Shown here piece after piece: positions 11,461-24,242 of a DNA stretch of 64,000 nucleotides. The translations under genes and the position numbers were made by a program. The stretch's first letter is position 1. The number at the start of each line of letters is the position of its first letter. The stretch covers positions 13,208,001-13,272,000 of the forward strand of contig CM052816.1 of the NCBI GenBank assembly GCA_028534125.1, given 5' to 3'. Origin of the DNA: Lama glama. Lineage: Eukaryota. The notes beneath the pieces were generated by a model that saw only the letters and a program-made list of their open reading frames with translations, searched no databases and was not told the DNA's origin.

Positions 11461-14400
11461 ACTTAGCTGAGCTGTAAGTCCTTTACAACCTCATATTCCA
11501 GGATGCCCATCAGGGCCAAGGAAGACACCCTCCCCTTGAACGCTTAGATGACTGTAGTTGTGGTTCCATCCGTCACTGGCTGAGAGGCTGGGGTGGGTGA
11601 GTGGCCCTCTCTGCTCCTCAGTATCTTTGCTGTGAATTAGGGATGGTCATTGCTGCTCTACCTACTTCAAAAGGACTTGTTGGGGAAAAAAAGAGTGCAG
11701 AGTTTAGACAGCTCAGGCTTAGGGGTTATTAGTTACATCAACACCATCAGAGTGAACTTTGGGAGTTAACTCGAGCTACTGCCAATCATTTGCCACTTGA
11801 GGTGAATTTACCTATCATATCACCTTCCTGCTGTGATAACTGGCTCAAGTGTGAACAAGAGCAAGGAAAGAATAAACACGGGGCAGAGACTGAAAGCTGG
11901 GGGATTGCTGAGTATCCTGTGGACAGATTGAGAAGATCCCTTGTGGGGAGAGCCTCCAAAAATAAACTCTGTCTCTGGTGAAATATTGTCCAGATTTGCC
12001 TCGTGTCATGGTGTTTCTCTCATCCAGTAAAAAATGAAGTCCCAGAAGGGCACTTCTTTGAAATAATTATAACAAGTGGCTATGGAAGCACAGCTGCCCC
12101 TAAAGAACATTGAATTCATGGAGAAACGTTTGCCTAAGTAGCCCCTTTGGCTTCCTTTTCTTAAACAAAGTCACCCCAAGCATCTCACACCACTCTAATT
12201 ATGAGTGCCCCTGCTTTACCTTGGCCTTGTAAAGAGTCCTTTTCCCCTAAATATTTCTGGAAATGCCCAGGGGTACTGACATGTGATCAGAAATAATTTG
12301 GTTGAGTGTCCCCACCATGGAGGGAATCCATGGACCGGAGCTCCAGATGCTTCCACAAAGATGCCCTTCAGGTATAGAAGTCTGTTCCCATCTCCATGGC
12401 TGTCACAGTGACCACCGCCTGCAACCCTGCAAGTCCAGTGCTGGTGAGTTGGGAATACCTACCAGTTCCCTAAACTGGCAGCCCCTGCCACCTCCCAACT
12501 CAGCAAAGCAAGAGCAGAACACTCAGGGTGACATTCAGCTAGAAGTCCCATGGCCGACCGGCTCAGCCTGAGTTGTCAGAGGGGCCGGTGGCAGAGCTTC
12601 CTCATTGAGGGCGCAGCGGGCCCAGCAGGGTCGCTGTCAGCCCACGCCCTGACACTTCTCCCCATGCACTGCGTCTCCATGCTTGAGAGTGTCCCTGTCA
12701 TCTTTGCAGTAACCATCATCTCCTCAGGGAGAGTCATCCCTGTGCTCAAGCCAATATAACTGGGATTCAAAGCCAGAGAATGTGATTGCTATAGTATAGC
12801 TGAGAGCTAGGAGCCCCACTGCGAAGTTGCTTGCACCCCAATGCATGACTACCATTATAGGGTTATCATTCTTCCAAATCCCAGCTACCGCGCCTTTCTC
12901 CAAGGCTGCTAGCGTGCCCAGGGTACCCAGGTCAGAGACTGCCTGTAAAACCACCCCCCTCCACTAATGTCAGCCTTTACTCCTGGAATTGCAGGGCCCG
13001 CTGCCTTCTTCCCTGGAGGCACCCGCTTCTGGACAGTCTGACCTTCACCAGGGAGCACCCTGATTTTGCCAAGCTCGGTTTGCCATGCATGGGAGGGCAG
13101 GATTCCAGACTCTTCTCTGAAGGTTCCTAAGCCCTCCTGTTAAAAATCAGTAGAGACAAATGAATGTGCTGGGGAAGGATGTGGTCTGTCCCCAGCCCCA
13201 GCCCCAGCCCCAGAAGCTGCAGTTCCTGCCCCGTCCTGGGCTCTGTTGTCCTCAGCCACGTCTGCTCCTTCTTCTTCTCCTCTCCTGAAGGGACACCAAA
13301 CAGTACATCCCACGAAGCCACAAAGACTAAAACCTCTCCTCTCCTCCCTGCATTTCTGCTCAAGAAACATTGCAGATGATTGAATTCAAGACATACTTGG
13401 CTGGTCCTAATGGTTACCTGGGGTTTCCTAAGAGGAATTCCGAATTATTTACCAGTTCACAGTAGCGAAGTGTTTTTAGTGGTTGCATGTAAATGCTTTG
13501 CAGTCCCAAACAGGGTGGGACCCGGCTGAGGAGGCAGACCGTGAGATACAGGCTCCCAACCTCTTTCCTTAAAATACCATGTGTTGTGAAACTTCTCCCC
13601 TCATAAAAGTGATACATCTTTATTGGAGGAAGTAGGAAAGGACAGAAAAATATGTTGAAAAAGATGATAATCGACTATCATCCACTTCTGAGAGATCACC
13701 ATGGTTAATATCTGAATGCATTTCCTGTGAGGTTATTTAGCATAAATTAGTATATCTTAATATATTAAAATAACAAATACTTAATGCTTAATTGAATTTA
13801 TTAACAAGTAATTAAATGAGTATATTTAGAAAACATAATCTAATATAAAGGCATGAAATATATAAAGCTATATTTTTCAAATACAGTATTATTATCATGT
13901 GTGTTTTATATGCACAATTTATATATACTCATATGTAAATATGAATAAGTATATATTATTAGTCAGCATAGTATAGTAAGTATATGTACACTTCTTATTT
14001 TATTGTGAGAATATCCTCAGGTAATCAAGAAATCATGAATTTTTTAATGGCAGCATTCTATCTTATGAATGCAGCATAATTTATTTAACCATTCTTCCAT
14101 TGGTTGATATTAGGATGGTTTCCAGTTTCTCATTATCAGACAATGCCTCTCTTATTCTTAGTGAGGTAGGATATATTCTTAGGAGCAGAACTGCTTTCTC
14201 AAGGGATAACATTTGGCATTTGGGGGTCAACGCCCTGCAGACAGTCAGTTGCGACGTGGTACCTGGGTTCTAGCGGTGTGACTGGGCTGCAGAGCACGTG
14301 GTGGCACATGGTTCCACTTTGGCTTTTGTTTCTGATAGTGGGAATCCTGACACCAGTTCCTAGTGTTCTTTGACCTGAAAGTGGATACCTAATCTTGTCA

Positions 14401-15640
14401 AATCACTTAATTTTCCTGCCTCAGTCTCCTTATCTAGAAAACAAGGCTACTTTCATCAGTTTTGTAAACTGTAAACTAACATGGGAGGGTGAGATACTAA
14501 GTTTAACCTTACAACGTGCTACAGTGAGTTAATCGGTGCCCTGCACGGGACTGCTGGTCGACTGCTGGACCCATCGTTCATTGCTTACTATTACATAACT
14601 TAGGCAAATTACTTAACTTCTCTTTTTCCCCATTTCCTCATTTATAAGCTTGACAACAAAAACACTTACCTCATAGGTGAGGATTAGGTAAGATCACTGC
14701 TTTAAAACTTGTAGCCTGGTGTGAGTTTCTATTATTATCGTTACTACTTACTATTCAGCAGTGAATTTAGACTCAGTGTGAAACTGGTTAGAAGCCATTG
14801 GCTTCCTGTTGAATGTTCTTAAAGTACTGGTGGTGTGAGTATGTCTATGTCATGTAGTGACAAATGTTCTCAAAATACCAAAATAGCTTTATTCAAAATA
14901 CCAAATCCAATCAGGAATGTCAGTGTTTTCCAAATGTGCACCTTGAAGTTATTAGCCCTGCAGTTGCCCTGGGGACCTGGTGGGGGAGGCATGGTAATCA
15001 GAATGGTAAGGGCACTGGAAGCTTCAAGATACCGCTTTGTTTTCATGGCAAAAATTGTTAGCTGATGGACAAAACCATCTCTTCTTGGACCCACAAGTGG
15101 ACCTCGTTTCCTAGGTCCCTGGCAGTTAGGTGTTACCAGGTGAAATCGTGGGCTGTGTGGTCTCTGTCCCAACCCCCCACCTCTGCCGCCACCACGTGAA
15201 AGCAGTAGGCAACATGCAAACTAATGTGTGTGCTGTGTCCCAGTACAGCCTGACAGAACTTCGCTGTCATCTGCCAGCCCCCAGAACAGAGCATGGCAAG
15301 CAAGGGAGAGTTGTACCACATGGTTGGAAGGGCAGAAACTGCCAGATAGGAAGGACCTTGTGGATCCTAGCATGAAGTCTGCTTTTTACCCAACGAGCAA
15401 CAGGGAAGCCTTCAGAGGCTTTTGGAAAGGGTATGACCTGATATACCCAAGCCCAGTCCTTAGTAGACCAGTACTACAGCTTTTAAGCACCATGTGAACC
15501 ACTGGACCCACTTCATTACTTCGTCTGTAGAGCCTCCTCCTAAGGAAATTCAAAGCAATTCACGAGATGGTGAGTTTCCATTAATTGACTGAGTTCACGT
15601 CTTCAGGGAAAGACCAGCAGACAGACCCCAAAGGGCTTCA

Positions 15641-16140
15641 NNNNNNNNNNNNNNNNNNNNNNNNNNNNNNNNNNNNNNNNNNNNNNNNNNNNNNNNNNNN
15701 NNNNNNNNNNNNNNNNNNNNNNNNNNNNNNNNNNNNNNNNNNNNNNNNNNNNNNNNNNNNNNNNNNNNNNNNNNNNNNNNNNNNNNNNNNNNNNNNNNNN
15801 NNNNNNNNNNNNNNNNNNNNNNNNNNNNNNNNNNNNNNNNNNNNNNNNNNNNNNNNNNNNNNNNNNNNNNNNNNNNNNNNNNNNNNNNNNNNNNNNNNNN
15901 NNNNNNNNNNNNNNNNNNNNNNNNNNNNNNNNNNNNNNNNNNNNNNNNNNNNNNNNNNNNNNNNNNNNNNNNNNNNNNNNNNNNNNNNNNNNNNNNNNNN
16001 NNNNNNNNNNNNNNNNNNNNNNNNNNNNNNNNNNNNNNNNNNNNNNNNNNNNNNNNNNNNNNNNNNNNNNNNNNNNNNNNNNNNNNNNNNNNNNNNNNNN
16101 NNNNNNNNNNNNNNNNNNNNNNNNNNNNNNNNNNNNNNNN
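15641..16140. other. Assembly gap (500 N)
   Basis: Run of N. Confidence 1.

Positions 16141-16203
<63 letters not shown>
16141..16203 (+). repeat. (GAAA)n microsatellite abutting an assembly gap
   Basis: Perfect AAGA repeats directly after the N run. Confidence 0.97.
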
Positions 16204-16228
16204 TCATATCTGGATGGAATGATCAGTA

Positions 16229-16243
16229 AGAACAGTCTGTCCC
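16229..16243. promoter_or_regulatory. Candidate glucocorticoid response element
   Basis: AGAACA-gtc-TGTCCC fits GnACAnnnTGTnC with one perfect half-site. Confidence 0.45.
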
Positions 16244-16999
16244 ACTAAATAATGAAAATTGTTACCCCCGACGGTGTAGACCAGGGCTTTTCCTCAAAGG
16301 TCAGAAGTATTACATTTGCTCAGTTGTGCTCAGGAGTTTCACTGCAGAGAGCATCTTAAGTTCTGAACTCCTTCAAAGAAAGCAGAAATGAGAGAAAAGA
16401 TCTGCTTTGGTAAACAAGACTGAGTCCATATGATTTATGAATTATATCCCCACAAACAAATCAAATCCTCCATCCACTGACATGGTGCTCTGCCCGGGGA
16501 ATAAGCGAGGTACCATTGTGGAGACTTCCCCATGAAACACCTGAGAAGAGGCAGTGATACGCCGGAGCCTCATCAGTTCACCCCAGACACACAGCTGTTC
16601 AGTGCACTACACGAGCATGTACATCTCTCAGAATGACTAACTCGTACCTTTGGGATAGGATTTGACCCACGAATTCATGTACCATAAAGTTTTAATGAAA
16701 TTTATTTTTTCAAAGTACTGTTTTAGTAAGCAGATAAATTATTATGTGGAAGTTTAAAAAGTAGTCGTAGGAGTCTTAATGATCAAGCCCTTTAACCTTG
16801 GTCTCCCTTTGTCCCCTAACTACTCTCGATCATAATCTGAATGAACTTTAACTTCTCACCTAGAAGGGAACACATGTATTTTTACAAAACAAATATTAAT
16901 GGAATAACTCTTGTCCTTTATTATTTTAGCTGATCTGTATCAATGAGTCAGCATTCCAAAAAAAACAGAAAGCATATGTTGTCGGGTTTTAATAATTTT

Positions 17000-18550
17000 T
17001 TTCTATTTTTTCATCCCTATTGACATAGAATTCACATAACATTAGGTTTACTCATTGATTTATTTTTGGAGGAGGTACTTGGGATTGAACCCAGGACCTC
17101 AATACATGCTAAGCATGGGCTCTACCCGTTGAGCCCTCACCCCCAGAATTCACATTTTTAAAAGTACAGTTCAATGGGTTTTAGCATAGTCTTCATTTTG
17201 TGTAACCATTCCAGGGCATTTCCCATCATCCTGGCAGGTAACACCTGTACCTAATAGCAGTTGCTCCCAACTCCCTTCTTCCTCAACCCCATGGGAACCA
17301 CTAATCAACTATCTGTCTCTGTAGATTTGCCTATTCTGGACATTTAATATAAATGTAATCATATAAAATGTGGCCTTTGAGGTTTGCCTTTTTTCGCTTA
17401 ACGTGTTGTGTTAAATATTCGCCCATGTTGTAATATGTGTCAGTCAGTACTTCATTCCTTCTTATGGCTGAATAAAAAAGTCTGTTGTATGGATAGTCCA
17501 CATTGTATTTATCTGTTCATCAGTTGATGGACATTTAGCTTGTTTCCACTTTTTGGCTATTATGAAGAACGCTGTTTTGAACATCTGTGTAGGAGTTTTT
17601 GTGTGAATATGTCTTTATATCTCCTGGGTAGACACCTAGGAGTGGAATTACTCAGTCATATGATAACTCTATGTTTAACTTTTAAGGAACTGTCACAGAG
17701 GCTGCACCGTTTTATAATCCCATTGGCAATGCATGAGAGTTCCAGCTTCTCCACATCCTTACCGACACTTACTGCTTTCCTTTATTATTATTATAGCTAT
17801 TCAAGTGGGTATGAAATGATAACCGTGTGTGTTTTTGATTTGCGTCTCCTTAGTGACTAATGATGCTGAGCATCTTTTCATGTGCTTATTGGCTATTTGT
17901 ATGTCTTCTTTAGAGAACTGTCTATTAATTTGGCCATTTTTAAAGACACAAAGTTGTCTTTTTATTATTGAGTTGTAAAAGTTATTTCCATAGTCTGCAT
18001 CTAGACCCTTATCAGACATATGATTTATATATATTTTTTCCATTTTGTGGATCATCTTTTCATTTTCTTCATAATGTTCCTCAAAGAAGAAAAGTTTTTT
18101 ATCTTGACGCAGTGCAGGTTATCAATTTTTTCCTTACTTGCTTGTACCACGTCCAAGGTTATAGAGATTTACACTTTGTTTTCTTCCAACTGTTTTACAG
18201 TTTTAGCTGTTATGTTTAATTCTTTGTCCCACTTTGAGTTAATTTTTGTATGAGGTAAGGATTCAACGTCATTCTTTTGTATATGGTTATCCAGTCGTCC
18301 CAGCAGCATTTGTCAAAAGATTATTCTTCCCTTATTAAATAGTCTTGACAGTATTGGCAAAAATCAGGGGTTTTTTGTTTGTTTGTTTGTTTCTGGATTC
18401 TCAGTTCTCTTCTGTTGATTTAAATTTCTATCCATATGCAAGTCCACACTATCTTGATTACTGTGACCTTGTAGGAAGATTTGAAATCAGAAATTGTGAG
18501 TCGTCTGACTTTATTCTCCTTTTTCAAGGTTATTTTGCTATTCGGGGTTA
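17000..18550 (-). mobile_element. Old L1 3' fragment (3'UTR plus degraded ORF2 end)
   Basis: Typical L1 antisense motifs (GATTTGCCTATTCTGGACATTT, GTTGATGGACATTTAG, GAGCATCTTTTCATGTGCTTATTGG); minus-strand peptide remnant [19 protein letters not shown]. Confidence 0.85.
17045..17144 (-). mobile_element. tRNA-derived SINE (Vic-1 type) inserted in the 3' end of an older L1
   Basis: GGATTGAACCCAGGACCTC...ATGCTAAGCATG core shared with the 1321 copy; AGAATTCACAT at 17027 and 17145 may be the TSD. Confidence 0.75.
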
Positions 18551-19039
18551 ATAACATTTTAAAACTTCACGTTAAAAATGAAGCTGCAACTCTCTGAAGG
18601 AAGATAGTTTCAAGAAGGCATTGTGACCTGTGTTTGGCCCGTAGTACTTCTGAAAATGTTTATCATATAGACTGGGCTGATTTAATCTCTATTCCAACTC
18701 TGAATGCTAAAGTCGCATCTTCTTTGGAGCTTTTCCTCAACCCCTTCTCCTTTCTAAGAAAACCAATAACTTCTTCATTCATCCACTGTACATATATGTA
18801 TCAGAGCACTGGAAAGCTTCATTACATTTATTTGTTTCTGTGTCTACGTCTCCCATTAGACTATAACCCCATAAAGGACTAGAATCACATCTAATTTATC
18901 TCTGGGTCCCCAAAGTTACATCCTGAGTAGCTGGCCAATAGATGTTTGTTGGAAAGAGAGAGGATAATAGCAAAAGAAGGGAGGATGCTTGAGAAGGCAA
19001 AAGAGAAGATAAAGTACACGACAAAGAGGAAAGAAACAG

Positions 19040-19255
19040 CTAACACCTACTGAATGTTTATAATGTCCCAGGCATTGTTTTAAGAGGTGTTACGTATTTT
19101 CACAACAACCCCGTGGGATAGGCACTCCTATAATTCCTGTTTTACAGACGCGAATGTGAGACAGAGTTCAGCAATTTGCCCAAAGTCACACAACGAGCAA
19201 GTAGCCTGGGCTGTCTGGCTCCTTGGTCACATCCTTCAAGACTATGTTGTGCTGC
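19040..19255 (-). mobile_element. MIR SINE
   Basis: CCAGGCATTGTTTAAG...CACAACAACCC...TTTTACAGA...TTGCCCAAAGTCACACA core. Confidence 0.7.
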
Positions 19256-19759
19256 CTCTCAAATAAAGACGAAAATAAAGATCCTTGGGCTTTGCCCTTA
19301 GAGACTGGTTCAATAGGTTTGAGCTGATGGCCAGGTACCTGTACTTTCAACAAATTCTGGAAAGATTTGGTGGAGAGCTCAGCTGGAGACCAAGGCTGGA
19401 AGGAATGGCAAAATAAAACACCATGGAGGGTCTGAGAAGGGAGGATTCAGTCAAGATGTCATACTTGGGAGGAAAAGCCAAGAAAGGTAAGAGAAAAATG
19501 GGTGCTAGTAAAGATGAGGGGGAAAGAAAAACACAAGCTCTTGGCAGTCTAACCAAGAAGCAGAACTGACCAAACAGTGAGCTCCACGTCAGCCACTCCC
19601 TTGGTCCCCAGCTGGCCATGGCTGGGACTGCGTGACATATCCTGCAACGACAAGTTCCTTCTACCAAGTCCTTATCACACCTAAAATTGTAGGACTCCAG
19701 AGTCTCCTATGAGCAAATGAATGAGTCACGAGGACAAATAATGAACAGTAAGAGAAAGA

Positions 19760-20000
19760 ACTAACATTCATTTATTGCTTCATTATGCGCCAGGCTATGT
19801 TCTAGGTGCTTTATATATAGGAATCCACTTAATTTTCATAACAATCCTATGAGGCAGGAACTGTTGTCATCCCTCATCTTACAGGTAAGGAATCTGAGGT
19901 ACACAGAGGTCAAGAAGCTTGTCCAGGTCACGCGGTCACAAATGGCAGAGCCAGATTCAAACCCGGGCAGTGTTGCCCCAGAGCTCACACTCTTATGCTG
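19760..20000 (-). mobile_element. MIR SINE
   Basis: GCCAGGCTATGTTCTAGGTGCTTTA...AACAATCCTATGAGG...TTACAGGTAAGGAATCTGAGG...GGCAGAGCCAGATTCAAACCC. Confidence 0.8.
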
Positions 20001-20605
20001 CTTCTAGAGAAAAAGAGAAAAAAGGGAATGAAGGATGAGGCCTCTAATGGCACAATTTAGAAAAGCTACTTGGAGCAAGATTTCATCCTAGGGAAATGAA
20101 CATACAAACCCTTCAGAGGCCCCCTGGTGCTCGCCGGGCTCTGGCAAGAACCTTAGGAAGACCACAGGAGCCCAAAGGGCACTTAGCTTCCTTCTCCTGG
20201 AGACCACAGGAGCCATCATGAGTGGCTGGTCATTCGGACCCCTTTGGCAGTGAAGACAAGACTGTCCCAAGTTTCTCCATTTCTGAAAAAAGACTCCCAA
20301 ATTAGAGTTTGAATCTCTTTTTGGTAAATTTCATTAAAGCCACTATCAAAAAAAAAAAGGTGTTTGTCCTGAGTTAGCCTGGTGGGGAAAAATAAATTTT
20401 TTTTAATTGTCATTATTTTCGGAGCACGAAAAGTTTGACTGATGCTACCAGGGGCTCTGAAGGACTTTTATTCCCAGAGATGTTAAAACACATAAAATGT
20501 CTGGAGGATACACTTTTGCAGCTGAACTTAGAATCTAGGAGCATTGCTTTGCTGTGTTTCCTGATGGTTCCATGAAAGTTCGCATTGAGTGGGTTATATC
20601 TAGGG

Positions 20606-20763
20606 CAGGGACTGTCAGGCTCTGCACTGTTGACACTTGGGGCTGGATAATTCCTTGTTGTGGGATTGTGGGATGTTTGGCAGCGTCCCTGGCATATACC
20701 CACCAGATGCTACTGAGATGCCCCTTCCACTGGGCAAAAATTACCCCCAAATGACAACTCCTG
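20606..20763. mobile_element. MER20-like hAT-Charlie element with internal deletions
   Basis: GCACTGTTGACACTTGGGGCTGGATAATTCCTTGTTGTGGG...CCCACCAGATGC; CAG...CTG termini; perfect 8-bp TSD ATCTAGGG at 20598-20605 and 20764-20771. Confidence 0.85.
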
Positions 20764-22353
20764 ATCTAGGGGAAACCATTGTAATTAATGGCTCCTCTAG
20801 GATCTCTTTCTAGTATGGCATGAGATGTTCCCTTTTTTTTTTAAATCACAGTGCTTCAAATACTTGGGTGTTATCTCTAAAAATGTTTATAAACAAAATA
20901 TATTTAAAAGCAGGATATGAATATGTTTGTGTCCTTAGAAGAGAGAGAGGAGACAGTGTGTTCTTGGTGAGAGTAAATTGGTGATATTCCTGTCATTATT
21001 ACTAGTAACTATTACTACCACTGTTATTAGTGTCAAGTTTTGTACTAAAATGAGTGTAAATAATCTCATTAGATCCTTATAACAGCCCTAAGAGGAAACC
21101 TAATCATTGTACCTATTTAATAGACTAGAAAACTGAGGGGAGTAGGGCAAGGTCACATGGCTATAAGCATCAGCTTCGTTTTCTCTAGCTCTGCCCTAGT
21201 CCAAGCCGGTTTCTTCCTCTCAGGATGATCTCTGTCATCTCTCGAGAGGCTCAGACTGTATCCATCTTCCCCCACCGGACAGCAAATCTTGCGCATCCTT
21301 TACGTCTCAACCTGCCTCCTCCAGAACGTTCCCTGATCCCAGACTTCACCCTCTGACTTCCTATGTCCTGTCGCATCTTGTACACGGCTTTAGTACTGCG
21401 TTTGCTGTTTCCCATCATCTGTTTGTGTTTCTGTCCCCTCCTCACTGGGAGAGCGGAGGGTCAGAAGATTTCCTTATTTGTCTCTACCTCCACTGCCTTA
21501 TGTATAGGCATACAGTAGGAGCCCAATAATTACAGGCTGCCTAGTAAAAGCTTTGCAACAAGAGGAACAGGATAACGTCTGTAAGGATTGAAAGAGATGG
21601 GGAGTGCAATTCCAGAGACCTGAACAGCGAAAGACACTCAGAAAGGAGACGAGACTCTCACCCACAGTCGTGCAGTTTGGGGTGGGAGTGGGGCAAGAAG
21701 GGTCCCCAAAGCCACAACCGAAACCTAGTCCCTGGTACCCCTGCCCAATGCTTTGTCCAGCGTGTTATACAAACATTGACGATGAAGTGAAAGAGTTTAT
21801 GATGGCACTGATGTAAGTAAACAAATGAATTTGTGGGTTGACACATGGCCAGCAATAAATTCATAAAAGGTAAATATTGACATCTAAAGATTATATATCA
21901 CTATGTTTACTCTGTAAAGGACTCGACCAGGAGTCAGGAAGGCTTGCCTGTTCCTTTTGGTTCCTTGGCAAATCAGTGAGACTCCGGTCAAATCATCCCA
22001 TTTCTCTGTGCTTTTATTTCATTTGGCCATAGGATTTCGCTGGTTAAAGACCGTGAGATTACTTTCTGTGCTTTCAAATGTCTTTCTCTATTTGAGCATG
22101 CTCAGCTGGATGTAGAAAATCTGTGGTTCTCTCGGGTTTCATAAAGGATAAAATCCCACAGTAACTGTAGCTTGTGTGGTTTATAGAATTACAGAACCCC
22201 AAAGCTCTGAGGAGCCTGATAAATCATACAGTGAAAATTTCCAGCTAGTGGCTAAATTTCTTTCACAGAATCCCCAGCAGGTGCTCAGTGAGTCTCACTT
22301 CACAATCCATGACGTAAGGAGGAAAGTGATTTAGTTTGAAGGATGCTAGTGTA

Positions 22354-22356
22354 GTG

Positions 22357-22390
<34 letters not shown>
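22354..22390 (+). repeat. (TG)n microsatellite
   Basis: Visible, with one CG interruption. Confidence 0.95.
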
Positions 22391-22504
22391 GTGTATCCTT
22401 TCTGATTGGCACATGCTTACATGTCCATTTCACATTCTGCAGGAGTTTTAATTTGTTGGTTTCTTTGCATTGCCAGTCATTAATTCAGGGCTTAGTAACA
22501 ATAA

Positions 22505-22700
22505 TCATGTAACATAACAGCACTTATGAAATGTCAGAGACCTTGCTAAGAGCTTTACATAGAATAGCTTGTTTAATCTGTATAAGAACTTTATGAAGCA
22601 AGGGCTGTAATGACCTTTATTTTTCAGTTAAGGGAACTAAGATTGAGAGAGGCTAACTAACTTGCCTAAAGACACATGCCTACTAAGAGGTAGAGTCTCA
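22505..22700 (-). mobile_element. MIR SINE
   Basis: TGCTAAGAGCTTTACAT...TTTAATC...GAGAGGCTAACTAACTTGCCTAAAGACACA. Confidence 0.6.
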
Positions 22701-22781
22701 AGTCTATTTCAGACTGAGCTGGAGCTATTAATAACTAAATAAATGTTTACTGAGTCCAACGATACACAAAAGGTTATGATA

Positions 22782-22915
22782 ACTCACAGAGAAAAAAATG
22801 TGACAATGAGTGTGTATATGTCTGTGAATGACTGACAAATTGTGCTGAACACTGGAATTTGACACAACATTGTAAAATGATTATAAATCAATAAAAAATG
22901 TTAAAAAAAAAAAAA
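22782..22915 (+). mobile_element. L1 3'-terminal fragment with poly-A
   Basis: ACACTGGAATTTGACACAACATTGTAAAATGATTATAAATCAATAAAAAATGTTAAAAA is the reverse complement of the end of the 26095 L1. Confidence 0.85.
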
Positions 22916-24074
22916 GATATCCCTACCCACTGCCATGCCTTACTCCCCTGCTACAGATGAGAGAAAAGTATAAAGTTTACACATGCAAAACAGTAGCAGT
23001 ATTTGTATAAGTATTGTGGATTTAATTCAACTGAGGGATTTTTTTAATATTAGTGGAGGTTTTCCTTCAGCTCTCAAGCTTGAGCTTCAAAAACACAAAT
23101 TATGAGAAGATACACAAATATTTTAATATATATGTCACTGGACCATATTTACAGATACTGCATTGAAGTTAATATATCATCAAGTCTACTATAAACAAAG
23201 CAATAAAATATATAAGTCTGGGTCAATATGGAGAGCAGAGTAATAATTAAGGCTTCCTTAAAGAGAAACGAGATTCAGCATTTCTTTTGGAAGACTACCA
23301 GGGTTTAATTTTACCTTTTAAAGCACAAACTAAAATAGAGAAGCATTTCCTATATTATTAAAAAAAAAAACATGGAAATCTGAGGCAGATGTAGCCAAAA
23401 TGAGTGGATTAACTAAGGGTTGATGTTCTCATTTAAATACTTGCATTTTGAAATAAAGAAGGAGTTTGACCATCTTGCCTAGTTAATCATTAACAGGAAA
23501 CTCTAGCCAAATTCATGAAGCAGGTAAAGCTTAATTTTAGGCATACAACTGGCTCCTCTCTCCGGCTCCCCCTTCTCTTTGGGGGTCACCCTAGATGCCT
23601 AGTAACCTTAGCCTGCCTCTCTCTTCCAGAAGGAGCAGCGTCCTGTGTTTTAGATCTTTGCTTCTTATGTCAGGAGCCTCTCAGATGCAAGTGTTAAAGA
23701 GCTGACTCCAACTGGCTCAAGATGAAAAAAACAGAAGACTTTATCAGGGTGTGTAATTGTAACGTCAAGCCCTAGCTTCAGGATGTAGACAGTTAAGTTG
23801 TATAATTGGGAATCTGTCTATCTCCAGACCCCTTTGCTTGTTCTTATTTTTTGTCAACCTCTTCCCAGTGTAGGGTCTAAGTGGCAGAATACAGGTGCTC
23901 CAAGCTGGCATCTCACCAGCTTAGCCACTCCTATTGAAAAAGGGCAAACTTCTGAATAGTCCCTGAAGGCCTAGAACGAGGCTCCTTGGTGTCTGTCCTG
24001 GACCCGTCTGTGAACTAAGGCTCTGACAGGTCCAGCCAGGCCTGCATAGAGTTTAGAATGGGGTATTAATGGGG

Positions 24075-24242
24075 TCTTCCTCCCTTCCTCCCTCCCTTTC
24101 TTCCTTCCTTCCTTCCTTCCTTCCTTCCTTTCTTCCTTTTCTTTTTCTTTCCTTCTTTCTTCCTTCCTCCCTCCCTCTCTCCCTCCCTCCTTCCCTCTCT
24201 CTCTTTCTCTTTCTCTCTTTCTCTCTTTCTCTCTTTCTTTCT
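24075..24242 (+). repeat. Polypyrimidine (CCTT/CT) simple repeat
   Basis: About 170 nt almost entirely C/T. Confidence 0.95.

Noticed and set aside
10796..11470. ORFs of 82-157 aa
   Set aside because: Lie inside a degraded L2 and show no protein similarity I recognise.
15585..16229. 214-aa and 189-aa ORFs
   Set aside because: Artefacts of the N gap and the (GAAA)n repeat.
20950..20964. GAGACAgtgTGTTCT (and AATACAggcTGTGCT near 44192) as GREs
   Set aside because: Lack the conserved G at position 2 of the first half-site; expected by chance.
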